Source: Eledone cirrhosa
Lineage: Eukaryota
Direction of reading: 5' to 3'
Assembly (NCBI GenBank): GCA_964016885.1
Contig: OZ024741.1
Location: 238,700,001 to 238,764,000, forward strand
Length of the DNA: 64,000 nucleotides
Below, piece by piece: positions 13,200 to 28,825 of this stretch. A model generated the notes under the pieces. The model was not told where the DNA came from. It was given only the letters and a program-made list of their open reading frames with translations, and ran no database searches. Each line of letters opens with the position of its first letter. Positions within the stretch are counted from its first letter, which is position 1. Made by a program: the position numbers and the translations under genes.

Positions 13200-13490
13200 G
13201 TTTTTAGACATTATTTTCATCAGAAGGGCCATCTCCTGTCCAACTGGAAACTCACACCACAAGATGCTCCCTCACCAGACCTGCTAAATCCTCCCAATCT
13301 ATTCCTCTCTGTCAACTATCCAAGCACAAAATATTAAACACGTCATATCCACATACACATAGTCACAAGATAAAAGATTGTTGAAAAAGGTTTTAGCTTG
13401 CCAAAATGACATTGCATGCTAGCTAGCACATACAATTAAAATTATTTTTTGCATGTTCAGAGTTTAATTATCGGGAAGCTTTTACAAGAG
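13200..13490 (+). pseudogene. Possible very old Tc1/mariner transposase relic
   Basis: Translation WKLTPQDAPSPDLLNPPNLFL resembles the W..SPDLNP.DFFLW motif; highly degenerate. Confidence 0.25.
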
Positions 13491-14206
13491 ACTTAAATGT
13501 TTGAAAAATAACTTGCATGCTAAATTACACACAAACATTTATAAATATGTCCCATTATGTGTTATCTCCATAGGCCCCACGAGGCTAAACAATCTACGAT
13601 CTACGTTTGTGTTAAAGTTTTTTTAGATAATTACATTACAACTCAAGTCAAACACATATTACACATCACACAAACTAGCTTATAACTAAATTCATAGACA
13701 TGTTACACATATGCACATTTACAAGTTTCTAGACCCGAAAAATTTGGAACTTGCGAATTTCTTCCCTTGTTCTTTAAAAAGAGCTCTCCACAGCATTAAA
13801 ATCACATTTAATGGGCTAACGTGTTTTTTGGAACTAGCTGTTGAAATGGCAAGATATATGACTTGCTAAATTATTGATATCCAGTGCAAGTAGTATGAGG
13901 TGGGAGGCTGACCTCACATCTTTGAGTTGGGTAAAAATCATTTAGGGCCTGGCCTGCTTAATGCCAACAGACTAAGTTCAGCCCCTCATATTGAAAAATC
14001 TTTCAAGTTGTTTGTTTATATACCTATTGCTATCTGATGATCATGGGCTGATAGATTGTGTAAGAATCACACTACCTGATCATCGACCCCAGTAAAATAT
14101 ATATAATGGCTAAATATATAAACTTATACACAAATGCATATGGCCTTTACTACGTTTAATGTTCTGTTATATATATATATATATGTATATTTATATATAT
14201 ATATAA

Positions 14207-14368
14207 CTTTTTCTCTTTTACGTGTTCCAGTCGACAGGCTGAGGCCATGCTGGGGCACCTCTATTGACGCTACACTTTTTATAGCCAGATTTCCTTGGTT
14301 GGTTATTGATGTAAAAGGGAGTTTATTGCTGCTGCCCTTATTTCTGCTTCACCTGGTGCTGTGGCTTC
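14207..14368 (-). repeat. Interspersed repeat (SINE-like 3' end); second copy at 31508-31667
   Basis: Both copies share ctcttttac.tgttccag....ggctgaggccatgctggggcacc...gggagtt..tgctgctgccctta. Confidence 0.7.
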
Positions 14369-14512
14369 AACCTGGATCTTGTTTAGCAGAATGTCAAGAT
14401 GTTTCTTGAAAACATCTACATGCACACTATGCAGATCTCTCAGATTTTTTTTGGCAGCTTATTAAAGAGCTGGGGCCCTTTGAACCCCAGTCAATTGCAG
14501 TATCTGGTCAAA

Positions 14513-14690
14513 GTGGATTGGCAGTATTGGTAGAGGGTCGGACGCCAAGCAGAGAGTTACGGCCCTTCACATTCTGAGTTCAAATCCCGCCGAGGTTAAC
14601 TTTGCCTTTCATCCTTACAGGGTCGATAAAATAAAGTACCAGTAATACATTGGTATAATTGCTGGCCTTGTGCCAAAAGTAGAAACAATT
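14513..14690 (+). mobile_element. SINE family A
   Basis: A-box, B-box, core and AGAAACAATTATT tail. Confidence 0.87.
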
Positions 14691-15686
14691 ATTATTGATG
14701 TGAAGGTTGGGACCTTTGGCACTACTCTGTGACATCCTGTTCATGGCTTGGTCCAAAGTTTGCTGGACCTTCCACATGTATATCAATGTATATCTCTCTC
14801 ATCTTCACTTCAAGGAATAGAGCTTTAGTTCTTTCAGCCTCTACCAGTAGCTCATCTCCTTCATTGAGGCTATCCTCTTGTTGTAGATTTGTTGGAGTAC
14901 TTCAAATTCTGTCGTTAATTTGGCACTGTGGTGTGACCACAGCTGAGAGAAAGAGTCAGGCTGGCTGAGAAGAAAAGTCCTCCAAAGGACCAACATGATC
15001 TCCAGTCTATTATCCCGAAAGTCGTCAGAATCAGACCTGACAGTCATCTGCACATTGTGGTCAATTTGGTGATGAGTGCATATATATATATATATATACC
15101 AATCAAAACAACATAAATTGACCAACTAATGAACGCAAATTGTTAGACATTTATATTCGATATGTGTTCATTCTGTCATTACAACAGCAGAGGTCCGATG
15201 AGCTTTTGAGTCCAGAATCAGGCCAGATTGATACAGATCAAACCTTGAGCTGATCAATGGTGAAACATGCATCATCAATCAATAAACGTAATGAAGGCTT
15301 AACTAATCGTCCTTGTATTATATTATTATTATATATATATAGATGCATGCATATGCATACACACATACATAAATAATTAGGTGCACATGCCACATTGCTA
15401 AGATACACTTTGTAAGCATTCTGAGACTGGTTTTGTTTCTTACAAGTTCATTCCATAATTCATTGAGTGAGTAATGTGTGCAAGCGAAATTATAGTTGAT
15501 ACTTTCAATATATATATAATTAGTTACACAGTGACATATACAGGTACTTAAGTTTCGTTGGGTATTACACCCCAACTCATTCAGTATATGTTATTGTTGT
15601 AAGTAATTATACTTAACTCGTCCTATGAACTGAGTGCTCTTATCCTTGGATATTTCTACCAAACTAATACTATATATATATATATA

Positions 15687-16329
15687 TCATCATCATCATC
15701 ATCATCATCATCAACGTTTAACGTCCGTGTTCCACGCTTGCATGGGTTTGGACAGGGGTATTCCCACTTGAGGCAAGAGTGATTGTCTTGCTCGCATAGG
15801 ACTGTCTGGCAGGTTTTCTACAGCTGGATGCCCTTCCTAACACCAACCACATTTACAGTGTGGGTCTGGGAGGTTTTTACCGTGTTGCCTACACGGCCAC
15901 ATTACAGCGTGGACTGTGTGTTTTTTTGTCGTGACACCTACACGATCTCATTTGTTTCGGCCTGGATGTTGTGGCACCAACATAACTTTACATAGAAGGG
16001 TGGGGGGTGGGGGTGGGGGGTGTATTTTGTCAGAGATGCCTACTGGCTGTAGTAGGTTTTACTATGTATTTAGGTAAGGCGGGTCTTCTCTGTTACTGAG
16101 TACCGCCAAAGGTCTCGGTCCAGTGACATTGTCTTGGAGAGGTGTAAGTGTGTGAGGTCGGAGTTTATCAGCTCGTCCCAGGTTTTTCTAGGTCTGCCTA
16201 TTCCGTGGCTACCGTCTATCTTTATTGCCCTGCACTTTGTTATACAGCTATCGACTTTCATGCGCATCACGTGACCATACCAACGTAGCCTTCTCTCGAG
16301 TAAACAACATCTGATCCCTCTTATTTCTA

Positions 16330-16335
<6 letters not shown>
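15687..16335 (-). mobile_element. RTE subfamily 1 3' end
   Basis: [12 protein letters not shown]...GRPRKTW C-terminus plus UTR, nearly identical to 45338-46115. Confidence 0.9.
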
Positions 16336-16387
<52 letters not shown>

Positions 16388-16679
16388 TACTCTCCAACTA
16401 AAGCAGATGATTGTCTCAAACATGCGTTGAAGGAATCAGTCAAAAGTACAGCAGGGGAAAATTATCAGCTTGTTTCTCAGATGGATATGGTTATTTTATG
16501 ACAATATTATGTAGAAAAGACTGCTTCTTCTCTATACATGTATATACAGGCATATATCATCATCATCATCATCATTTAACGTCTATCTTCTACGCTAGCA
16601 TGGGTTAGATGGGAATTGTCCTACTTGAGGCAAGATTGATTGGGTGACTGTCTCGCTCGCATAGGACTGTATCATATAA

Positions 16680-16972
16680 AGTATAATTGAAGTTAGTGTT
16701 GCAGCATATGTACAGACTTTAACTGCATATTACAATTGTTTTGATATCGACCAGCTCAAGGTACAATCAAAGTGACAGGGTCTGACTCTTCTTCGACATC
16801 TCATCAGATATGGAAGTTTATATGTGCAAAGACACATATAAACTTATATATCTGAGGAGATGTCAAAGAAGACCCCATCACTTTGATTGTACCCTGAACT
16901 GATACATATTGAAACAATTGTAATATGCCATTAAAGTTTATACATATGCTGCAAAACTGACTTTGATTCTAC
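16680..16972. mobile_element. Fold-back element with two divergent HHRs, family H6
   Basis: Centre near 16830. Minus 16726-16812: cauau CUGAUGA gaugucga...ucgauauc aAAAC aauu GUA auaug. Plus 16847-16926: CUGAGGA...GAAAC aauu GUA auaug. Confidence 0.7.
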
Positions 16973-17135
16973 TTACTCTATATACACTCTCCACACCACA
17001 GCTGGCTTAACTCTGGAATACAACTCAACAATGAACCTTGTAACAGCATTGAGTGCTTCGATGTCGTGCCACTTGTAATTGTAGTTACACACATAAATAT
17101 ATATTTATGTATGTATATGTGTATATATATATATA

Positions 17136-17720
<585 letters not shown>

Positions 17721-17991
17721 ATATATATATATAGAGAGAGAGTGAGAGAGACTGGGTGAGTGTGATGAAAATGTGAAGTTGTAGATGTTAAAGAGTCATT
17801 TATTAATAAAAAAGGACTCTTTAACGTCTACAACTTTGCATTTTACTCATCCTAATTATACACCATCATCCTTATTTTGAAAGAGCAATATGACAGAGTG
17901 CTTGAATTAAATTGCATCAATGTCTACCAAATGAATATATATATATATATAAAGCAACGATTCTTTGCTTAAACTTTAATCTGTTATTTTA

Positions 17992-18046
<55 letters not shown>

Positions 18047-18048
18047 TG

Positions 18049-18079
<31 letters not shown>

Positions 18080-18242
18080 ATATATATATATATAATAAGG
18101 AGTTGACGGACCCAGCATATTTAACAATGCCAGGACCGGTTGTATTTCAGCGTACTCAATAGATAATGTAGAATACATTCCAGAGTATACACATAGTTAT
18201 TCGCTTCAATACAACACACATAAACGGGTGCCTATATTAGTT

Positions 18243-18353
18243 CCCAGACTGGAGTTTCAGCCACATTTAATGCAGCAGTAGGGTGCACTGCACCCTCTGT
18301 CTGCATATATTATGCAACTATGCACAATCGGCGCATGTGGCTTCATCAGCGGG
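18243..18353 (-). ncRNA. Type I hammerhead ribozyme with a long branched stem II, family H7
   Basis: Minus strand: cccg CUGAUGA agccacau...auguggcu GAAAC ucca GUC uggg. A perfect 8-bp stem II base encloses further hairpins. Confidence 0.75.
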
Positions 18354-18376
18354 TATGGCCTAATCATATATATATA

Positions 18377-18824
18377 TTAGGATTGGTGCTCTGAAATAGC
18401 GATGTATACATGAATGCATGTATAGTATATTTTGTAATATACCATATGTTTAATTAAAAACATTTAGAAGACCATACGCTATCAGTTTTAAAGTAGTGAC
18501 TGTGTCACATCTTTTTGGCGAAGGAAGGGAGAGCAGCTGACAGTCTGTTTCATACTGGTTGGCGTTCATCAGAACCACATATTCCCCTGCCTTCGCAGCT
18601 CCTGATTATTACTGGAATTCTATAAGAATCCAGCTTCTATAATTTTCGGCAAAGGCAGGGGAGTACGGGGCTCTGATGAATGCCAACCAGCATGAAACAG
18701 ACTGTCAGCTTCTCTCCCTTCCTTCGCCAAAAAGAAGTAAGTGATATAGTCACTACTTTAAAACTGATAGTGTATGGTCTTCTAAATGTTTTTAATTAAA
18801 CATACGGTATATACTATTCATACA

Positions 18825-18828
<4 letters not shown>
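18377..18828. mobile_element. Fold-back element with two divergent HHRs, family H1
   Basis: Inverted arms about 18412-18596 and 18648-18828. Plus HHR: ggggcu CUGAUGA augc caacca gcau GAAAC agacu GUC agcuuc (18667-18712) with an extended stem I. Minus HHR at 18533-18578. Related copy at 8101-8320. Confidence 0.82.
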
Positions 18829-18863
<35 letters not shown>

Positions 18864-18920
18864 GAAACAGAAATAACAACACAATCGGGACAGTATATGG
18901 AAGGGATAGCAGGAAGTGGA

Positions 18921-18956
18921 TCTTAACATTTCGGACGCTATTCCTTCATCAGAAGA
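18921..18956 (-). ncRNA. Minimal hammerhead, family H8 (element about 18858-19010)
   Basis: Minus strand: ucuu CUGAUGA agga...ucc GAAAu GUU aaga. Homologous to 33794-33829(+). Confidence 0.65.
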
Positions 18957-19057
18957 AAGTATGAGAAATAAGATAAATTGAGAGAGCGGGCAGTTTGGAA
19001 TTGGCCAAAATGTCTTTAGATGTATATATGTATGTATATGTATAAGTATATATATAT

Positions 19058-19375
<318 letters not shown>

Positions 19376-19408
19376 TACACACATATATATACATACATAT
19401 ATACACAC

Positions 19409-19441
<33 letters not shown>

Positions 19442-20006
19442 CACATATATACACACACACATATATATATACATATATACACACACACATATATATATAT
19501 ATATACATATATATATTATAAAAAAAATAATGAATAAACAAAGTAACAGTTCCTTATATTAAAAAAAATTCATTATTTTACGATCGTTTCTAGGATATAT
19601 ATGTGTGTGTATATATGTATATATATATATGTATATATATATATGTGTGTATATATGCATATATATGTATATATATATATATATACATATATACACACAT
19701 ATATATATATACATATATATATATACATATATACACTATGTCTCATATAAAATAATACAACTGGCTATCCGCAAAATACATATAGTTAGCACCCCAAACG
19801 TATAACTGGGATTATACTAAGGTATATCCTAATGTTTGTTGAGTGAGACGGAAGCCGGTCGGAGTATTGCTTAAAGCTTTCTCTGTTAATGTATTAAATA
19901 TATGTATATATATGTATATATATATATATATATATAAGTATATGTATACATATATAGGTATATATATATGTGTGTATATATATATATGTATATATATATG
20001 TGTGTA

Positions 20007-20082
<76 letters not shown>

Positions 20083-20114
20083 TGTGCATATATGTATATA
20101 TATGTATGTGTGTA

Positions 20115-20167
<53 letters not shown>

Positions 20168-20614
20168 GTGTGTGTATATATGTATGTATATATATGTGTG
20201 TATATATGTATATATATGTATATATATGTTTGTGTATATATATATATGTATATATATATATGTGTGTGTATATATGTATATATATATATATGTATGTATA
20301 TATGTATATATATATGTGTGTGTATATACATATATATGTATGTATATGTATATATACATATTTGTGTATATATATATATGTATATATGTATATATATGTA
20401 TATATACATATTTGTGTGTATATATATGTATATATACATATTTGTGTATATATATGTGTGTATATATATATGTATATATACATATTTGTGTATATATATA
20501 TATGTGTATATATATATGTATATATATATATATTTATGTATATATACATATTTCTATTCATACATATATATGTGTATGTATATGTATGTATATATATGTA
20601 TATATATATATGTG

Positions 20615-20689
<75 letters not shown>

Positions 20690-21769
20690 GTGTGTGTATA
20701 TATATATATATGTAATTATATATATATATGTATATATCTGTGTGTCTGTATATATATGTATATATATATTTGTGTATGTAAATATGTATATGTATATATA
20801 TGTATATGTATATATATGTATATATATGTGTATGTGTATATATGTATATGTATATGTATATATATGTATATGTATATATATGTATATGTATATATATTGC
20901 CTCAAGTGGGAAAACCCCCGTCCAAACCCATGCAAGCGTGGAACACGGACGCTAAACCTGATGATGATGATGATGATGTATATATATATATATATATGTG
21001 TGTGTCTGTATACATATATGTGTATTTATATGTATGTGTGTGTATATATATGTGTATTTATATGTATATGTGTGTGTGTATATATATATATATATATGCG
21101 TGTGTGTTTATATGTATATATATGTATGTATGTTTATATGTATATTTATATATGTGCACACACACACACACTCAGATTCACATATATATATATACATAAA
21201 TATATACTTTTGCTTGAGCATTGGATTATGCTTCTTGCTATACTATCTCTCTATACTGATTTCAAATCTCATTGTAGTCAACTGATAAAATAATACTATT
21301 TTCTTGTTCTTTGCATTCCAAATCCAATGTTTGCTATCATCTATTTACTTGAGGTGTAAACTAAATCTATTGCTAGGTTTAACGTCAGCACCTTGTCTCT
21401 GGTTGCCTTTTGAAGACTTGATCCTTCTAGCATTCAGTGTATGTTTTCTGTTTACCAATACTCTACTTTATCTTTCCCACCAGTTTTAGAGTCTCTGACA
21501 AGGGTAATAGATACTGCCATTTCCTTTCTAATCAAACATTACATATAGAAACTCCATATACACAAGTTGTCTAGTGGTAATGTAGGCTGACAAAAAAATC
21601 TACACTTTATATGTGGGAAACATAAGGCTAGTTAGTAGCAAAAGCCCTAATGAAACGTACATTTTGCTGTCCTAGGAAGGCTCCATAGAAGTGGTAGATT
21701 GATTTTGTTTACTATATGACCAAATATGTCTCTTTCTGTGAACAAAAAGCTAGCTATATGGTGGCTTTG

Positions 21770-22130
21770 TGGGATGTGCGATGTTGCAGGGAAGTGAAAC
21801 TTGGGCAGTAAATGCAGAGGACATGGGGAGACTGGAAAGAAATGAAGTCAGCAAGCTTTGATGGATGTCTGATGTCAATGTTTATCAATGGCAATGCCTG
21901 GGTGAGATAAGTGAGAAACTAAGCATAAGAGAAATTGAATGTAGCATGCAAAAGAGAAGACTGTGTTGATATGGCCATGTGATGCACATGGAAGGTGATA
22001 ATTGAGTGAAGAAGTATCTGTAGTTCCCAGTGGAAGGAAGTTGCAGTCGAGGAAGGCCAAGGAAAACCTACATAGAAGTAGTGAGAGTGGATCTCAAAAC
22101 ACTGAACATCACAGAGGAAATGAAGGAATT
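21770..22130 (+). pseudogene. Old degenerate RTE C-terminal fragment
   Basis: AMLQGSETWAVNAEDMGRLERNE...*YGHVM...RGRPRKT with stops. Confidence 0.7.
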
Positions 22131-23370
22131 CAATGATATATATACATATTCTTTTATTTTATTCTTTTACTGATTTCATTCCTTAGAGTGACCATAGTGG
22201 ATACCATGATCATAGTGATCTCAGCACTCTCTTTTCCACCCTGGTATTTATTTTATTAATTTCCATTTTTCAAATCACTAAGTTTTGGGTCATAAACAAA
22301 CCATAAATGTACTGACACTGGCACACACAGTCATAGCCATATATTCATACACACACACTTATATGTGCACACACACACACTTATATGTGCACACACTTAT
22401 ATGTGCACACACACACACACTTATATGTGCACACACACACACTTTATTTCTCCCTCTCTCTCTCTCTATATATATATATATATCTATATATATATATATC
22501 TATATATCTATATATCTATATATATATATATCTATATATATATATATCTATATATATCTATATATATATCCTTACACATAGTTTTGGTGATCTACTCAAT
22601 AAATGCACTGTAAAGTGGTTGGTGATAGGAAGGGCACCCATCCATAGAAGGGTTGCTAAATAAAGGTTTGGGTCGACGCTTCAGTTTTGTTAATAACATG
22701 ACAGCCTCCTTAGTGCTGGTATCATGATAAAATTACTCAGTAGAGCACAAAATTGTATGTAAATGAGATGCGGAATTCATCCCGTCTGAGGGTCAGTAGC
22801 CCCTACTTGATATATATGTATATGGCATTAAATGATGATGATGATACGCATCTATTTACACACACACACATTACATGCGCAGGTAAGAATACATCCCATT
22901 GTTGATATTTACATATAAAACAGTAAAAATTATACAGCAATATTTTCTTATGAAAAAATTTAAAATGTTCACTATCAGTATTACATGTAATACTTAGAAA
23001 CAGATATGACATTATATGTATTAAAATGACAGGGTTACTAGAAAATTTTGTCCAAATTATAGTAAAAATAAAAGTGATTCCAATTGTTCTCACTATGTAA
23101 TATTTAAAAAGAAATGCACCAATACATATGCAAACCGTATAACTTAGTTGTAGTTATACATTAATAACAATAGAACACATATAACCATGTGTGTATTCAT
23201 TTTCTTTCTCTCTCTCCCTCCCTCTTTCTCTCTCTCTCTCTCTCCCTCCCTCTCTCTCTCTCTCTATATATATATATATCAATATAGATATAGATATGTT
23301 TATCCCAGGTTCAATCGGGGGTAACCACAGTAAGTAAGGTACTCAATACATAACAGAGTTTAAATATTTA

Positions 23371-23490
23371 ATATAGAAATGGGTTCTACAGGACGAGAAC
23401 TGTTTCATTTGGAGGAAATCATCAGGAAAGCTTTCCTGATGATTTCCTCCGAACGAAACAGTTCTAGTCCTGTAGAAGTCATTTCTATAT
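23371..23490. repeat. Spacerless palindrome containing two back-to-back HHR cores, family H9
   Basis: Centre aagctt at 23428-23433. CTGATGA tttcctccgaac GAAAC at 23436-23459, mirrored on the minus strand. Confidence 0.7.
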
Positions 23491-23648
23491 ATATTTATAC
23501 ACACACACACACCTACACACACACACACACACACTTATATATATATATATATATGTATAGGAAAAGAATCAGGACGTATACACAGAGAGAGAGATACATA
23601 TACTCACATACACATATATATGATTATGTGTAACAAGAGGTGTATAGA

Positions 23649-23953
<305 letters not shown>

Positions 23954-24825
23954 CACGTGTGTCTGTATCTGTGTGTACCGGTCAGAATATATAAATAAGT
24001 TTGCAATGTTTTCATTATATTTGCATTTCTAGTTTATGTATATGTGAGAATAGCTGTAACTTTCAACTTGCTTACCTGACTGTAACAACCAGCTTCCCTG
24101 TCTGCTATCCAGTTTGTGAATGATGCATGCAAGTATGTATGTGAGTATGTGGCTAGGCATTGATGTTGTTTTCTTCTTCTTATTCACTTGATTGTATACT
24201 TTAACTGAAAATGTTAGAATACGCTTCCCTCAGTTTCCCCTTGCTTTGTATATATGAAGATATGCATGTGTCTGCACATATGTGTTGTGGGGGAGGGAGG
24301 TTGTGCTTCTGTGTGTTTGTATCTGTGAATAGTGAGTCCTTTCACATCCATATGAGTCGAATGAATGTATAAAACTGGATGCTGGTCTCTACTTGTAGAT
24401 TTGTGGCTGTATTTCCATATATAGCTATACATATGTCTACACGCTCTCACTGGTGACACTTCATATTGTCATATTTACCATCGATTTCCTATCAACACTT
24501 GGTTTTTCCTTCCACCCCATAGCCATCCCTATCTCAAACTTTTTACACACATTTCCTTTTCTCCCAGACGAGAAAGCTTGTCCCATTGGGATAGTCTCCT
24601 ACACACCACATACAAACTTACGCAAATTTATGACAATTAAAAAAAATATGCATGCATGAATGTGTTTGAGTATAAGTATACACATTATACAAACACACAC
24701 ACACACACACACACTCTCACATGAATATATGGAATATATGTATGTATATGTATGGATGTACATATATATATGTATATATATATATATGCATGTATGTATG
24801 TATATATTATATATGTATATATATA

Positions 24826-24860
<35 letters not shown>

Positions 24861-25177
24861 TATATGTATATACATATACATATATATATATACATATATC
24901 ATCATCATTTTCATTTCATTTTACGTCCGCTTTTCCCTGCTTGCAAGGGTGGGATGGGAACTGATTCTGGCTTGATTTCTACAGCTGGATGCCCTTCCTA
25001 ACACCAACCTCATTTACAGTGAGTATATATATATATATGTATATATATATATGTATATATATATGTGTATGTATATATATATATATGTATATATATGTAT
25101 ATGTATATATATATATATGTATATGTATATATATAAATGTATATATATATATGTATATATATATGTATATATATATG

Positions 25178-25226
<49 letters not shown>

Positions 25227-25259
25227 GTGATTGTATATATATATATATACATATGTATA

Positions 25260-25309
<50 letters not shown>

Positions 25310-25397
25310 ATTGTATATATATACATATGTATATATATATATATGTATATGTGTATATATATATAAGTATATATATATATATATGTATATATATATG

Positions 25398-25442
<45 letters not shown>

Positions 25443-25625
25443 GTGTATATATATATATATGTGTGTGTATGTGTATATATATGTGAATGTATATATATAT
25501 ATATACATATGTATATATATACATATGTATATATATGTATATATATGTATGTATATATATATATATGTATATATATATACATACGTATGTATATATATAT
25601 ATATACATATGTATGTATGTATGTA

Positions 25626-25722
<97 letters not shown>

Positions 25723-26021
25723 ATAATAATAATAACTGTGAAGACTATAGACACACACACATGTATAATCAATATCATCAATATTTAACATCTATTTTTC
25801 ATGTTTGTATGGTTTAGGCAGGCAGTCACATTCTGAGGCTAGACAAATCAGATGGTCATGTCTTGCTCATACATTCCATTTGGGCTTAGCTTCTATGGCT
25901 GGATGCCTTTTCTAATGCCAACCAATTTGCAACATGTACTGAGAACATTTTATCAAGACTACCACCTCTTAGTATCAACTGGGTGCATTTTATCTTGGCA
26001 CCAACACTACCTCATTTCAAC

Positions 26022-26056
<35 letters not shown>

Positions 26057-26308
26057 CATTTCTGAATTTGTTTAGCAAGATTCTTTATCTGAAATTGTGT
26101 GTTGAAACCGATATTGTTATACTTTGGGAGGGTCATGTTGCCAATAAGAAACACACGCACCAGTTGCTTTCACTTAAATTTATTATAATAAATTTATAAT
26201 AAATTTATAAATTTATAAATTTATTATAAATTTATTATAATAAATTGAAGTGAAAGCAACTGGTGCGTGTGTTTCTTATTGGCAACATGACCCTCCCAAA
26301 GTATAACA

Positions 26309-26369
<61 letters not shown>

Positions 26370-26653
26370 GAGAGAGAGAGAGAAATATAGATAGATACAC
26401 ACATACATAAACATATATAGGTGTGTGCATGTATATATAGACATATTTTTATATATACATACACACACACACATAATATATATATATATATGTATATATG
26501 TATACATGTTTTTAATATACATGTTTATACATATATGTATATACATATAGTATATATATATATATAAATATAAGTATAGCTATATATATATATATATATA
26601 TAAGTATAGCTATATATAAATATATATATGGTGAGTAATATTAAATATTACCC

Positions 26654-26703
<50 letters not shown>

Positions 26704-26730
26704 TTATATATACACATACATATATATTTA

Positions 26731-26764
<34 letters not shown>

Positions 26765-26767
26765 CAT

Positions 26768-26983
26768 GACGTGTAGGCGTCATGGAAAAAAATCACCCAG
26801 CACTCACTGTAAATGAGGTTGGTGTTGGGAAGGGCATCCAGCTGTAGAAATCAAGCCAGAATCAGTTCCCGTATGAGCAAGACAAGGTCAGCCAACCGGA
26901 CACTGCCCACAACAGGACAACCCATCTAACCCATGCTAGCATGGAAGAATGGATGTAAAACTGTGATGATGATGATGATGATG
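26768..26983 (+). mobile_element. RTE subfamily 2 3'UTR fragment
   Basis: Reverse complement of the 8341 and 48364 UTRs. Confidence 0.8.
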
Positions 26984-27291
26984 TATTTCCTGGTGCCGAA
27001 GATGCTTCATCCACGAGGACGCGCCCTAATTTTGACAAGTAAAAATTTGAAAAAAAAAAATAATAAACAATCTTTGGTCTCCAGGACGCATGGTAGATTT
27101 TTGAGACTTATTTTAGGAAAAAAGTAATGACTTCGACTCTGGGATATACGGTGTATACATCTGAAGAGGGCTCGATAAGGATTATATCTCTATATATATA
27201 TATGTGTATATTAAATACAGAAGATCCCGTAAAAGGGTAAAAGCAGCAATTCTTTGCTTAAACTTTAATCAGTACTTATAATAAATATATA

Positions 27292-27680
27292 TCATCATCA
27301 TCGTCATCATCGTTTAACATCCATCTTCCATGCTAGCATGGGTTGGATGGGTTTGTTCTACTTGAGGCAAGATTGGTTGGGTGACCGTATCTTGCTCATA
27401 TAGAACTATTTCCGGCAAGTTTTCTACGGCTGGATGCCCTTCCAAACGGGAACCACATTTACAGTGTGGACTGGGAGCATTTTTACCACATCTCTTACAC
27501 AACTACTCTACAGTGTGGACTGGGTGCTTTTTGTCATGTCACCTACACACAACCTCTTTACAGTGTCGATTGGATGTTCTGTGGTACCAACATAACTTTA
27601 TAGAGAAAGGGTGGTGTGGACAGAAGTGGGAGGATGGAGTAGGGTGGAGTGTCTATTGGGTTAAGAGGTGCCTACTGACT
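27292..27680 (-). mobile_element. RTE 3'UTR, diverged subfamily
   Basis: (CAT)n on the plus strand, ggctggatgcccttcc motif and UTR sub-repeats. Confidence 0.75.
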
Positions 27681-27882
27681 ATATATATATGTAGGAGGTG
27701 AGTTTTATTGTAGTACAATAAAGCAATGCAGATATCGGATAAGAAGCACTCTACAGTTTGTAGGACTGGAGTATACATAATATATAAGATCAAAAGATGG
27801 TTAAAAGAGTTCCATGTATTGATATGTTGATTTAAAACTGCACTATTCACAAGTGTTTTTTGACCTTCATATCATGTCTTCC

Positions 27883-27953
27883 TATTTTATCTGATGAAAA
27901 CACAAATATTATTGCATGATGATATTTGTTTTTGAAATGCGCATAACAAAATA
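27883..27953 (+). ncRNA. Type I hammerhead ribozyme, family H11, inside inverted 3' ends (27772-27820 and 27950-27998)
   Basis: uauuuuau CUGAUGA aaacacaaauauua...ugauauuuguuuuu GAAA ugcgc AUA acaaaaua. Palindromic stem III AUGCGCAU. Confidence 0.75.
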
Positions 27954-28435
27954 CATGGAACTCTTTTAACCATCTTTTGATCTTATATATTATATATATA
28001 TATATATATATGTGTGTGTATGTATTTAATATACATACATATATATATACATATGTGTGTGTGTATTTAATATATATATGTATAAATTTATTATATATAG
28101 ATGATGATGATGTTGATGATATATATATATATATATTCCTTTACTGATTGCAATCATTGCATTTTAATTGCAGCCATATTCAGACACTGCTTTCAAGGGT
28201 TTAGTTTATCTTATCAATCACAGTTTATATTTCATTGAACTGTGAAGGTATGGGGCATACATTGAAACTACATAAACAGCAATGTGTTTTAGACTGGTGC
28301 AAACACAACCATGGCAACGTACATGTGCACAGAGGCAGGCACACACTCACACTTCCACAAATTTCCTGTCAACCAAAATTCACTAGCAAGAAATTGGTTA
28401 AACTAACTGTGTCTGCCTGTGTGTATGTTTGTGAG

Positions 28436-28490
<55 letters not shown>

Positions 28491-28517
28491 GAGCAAGACA
28501 AGGTCAACCTGTTTTGA

Positions 28518-28650
28518 AGGCGTGTGGCTGAGTGGTTAGAGAATTGGATTTGAAATTGTGAGGTTGTGAGTTTGATTCCCGGACCGGGCGATGCGTTATG
28601 TCCTTGGGCAAGACATTTTATTTCACGTTGCCCGTTCTACCTGGAGTTGC
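28518..28650 (+). mobile_element. SINE family B 5' part (tRNA head plus CORE-like domain)
   Basis: A-box TGGCTGAGTGG, B-box GAGTTTGATTCCC, then gtccttgggcaagacattttatttcac. Confidence 0.78.
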
Positions 28651-28761
28651 GACCGATAGATAGTATTAGCAATTGGAAAGACCAATGGAAAGATTGTTTC
28701 CTTGGTCCAATTTGACGAAAGTCGATTGTTAAAGAAGATATGTATATATATATAAATATAC

Positions 28762-28821
<60 letters not shown>

Positions 28822-28825
<4 letters not shown>

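Noticed and set aside
14030-15290. CTGATGA at about 14034 and ccgatga...gaaac at 15195-15275
   Set aside because: No properly placed GAAA, or no consistent stems I and III.
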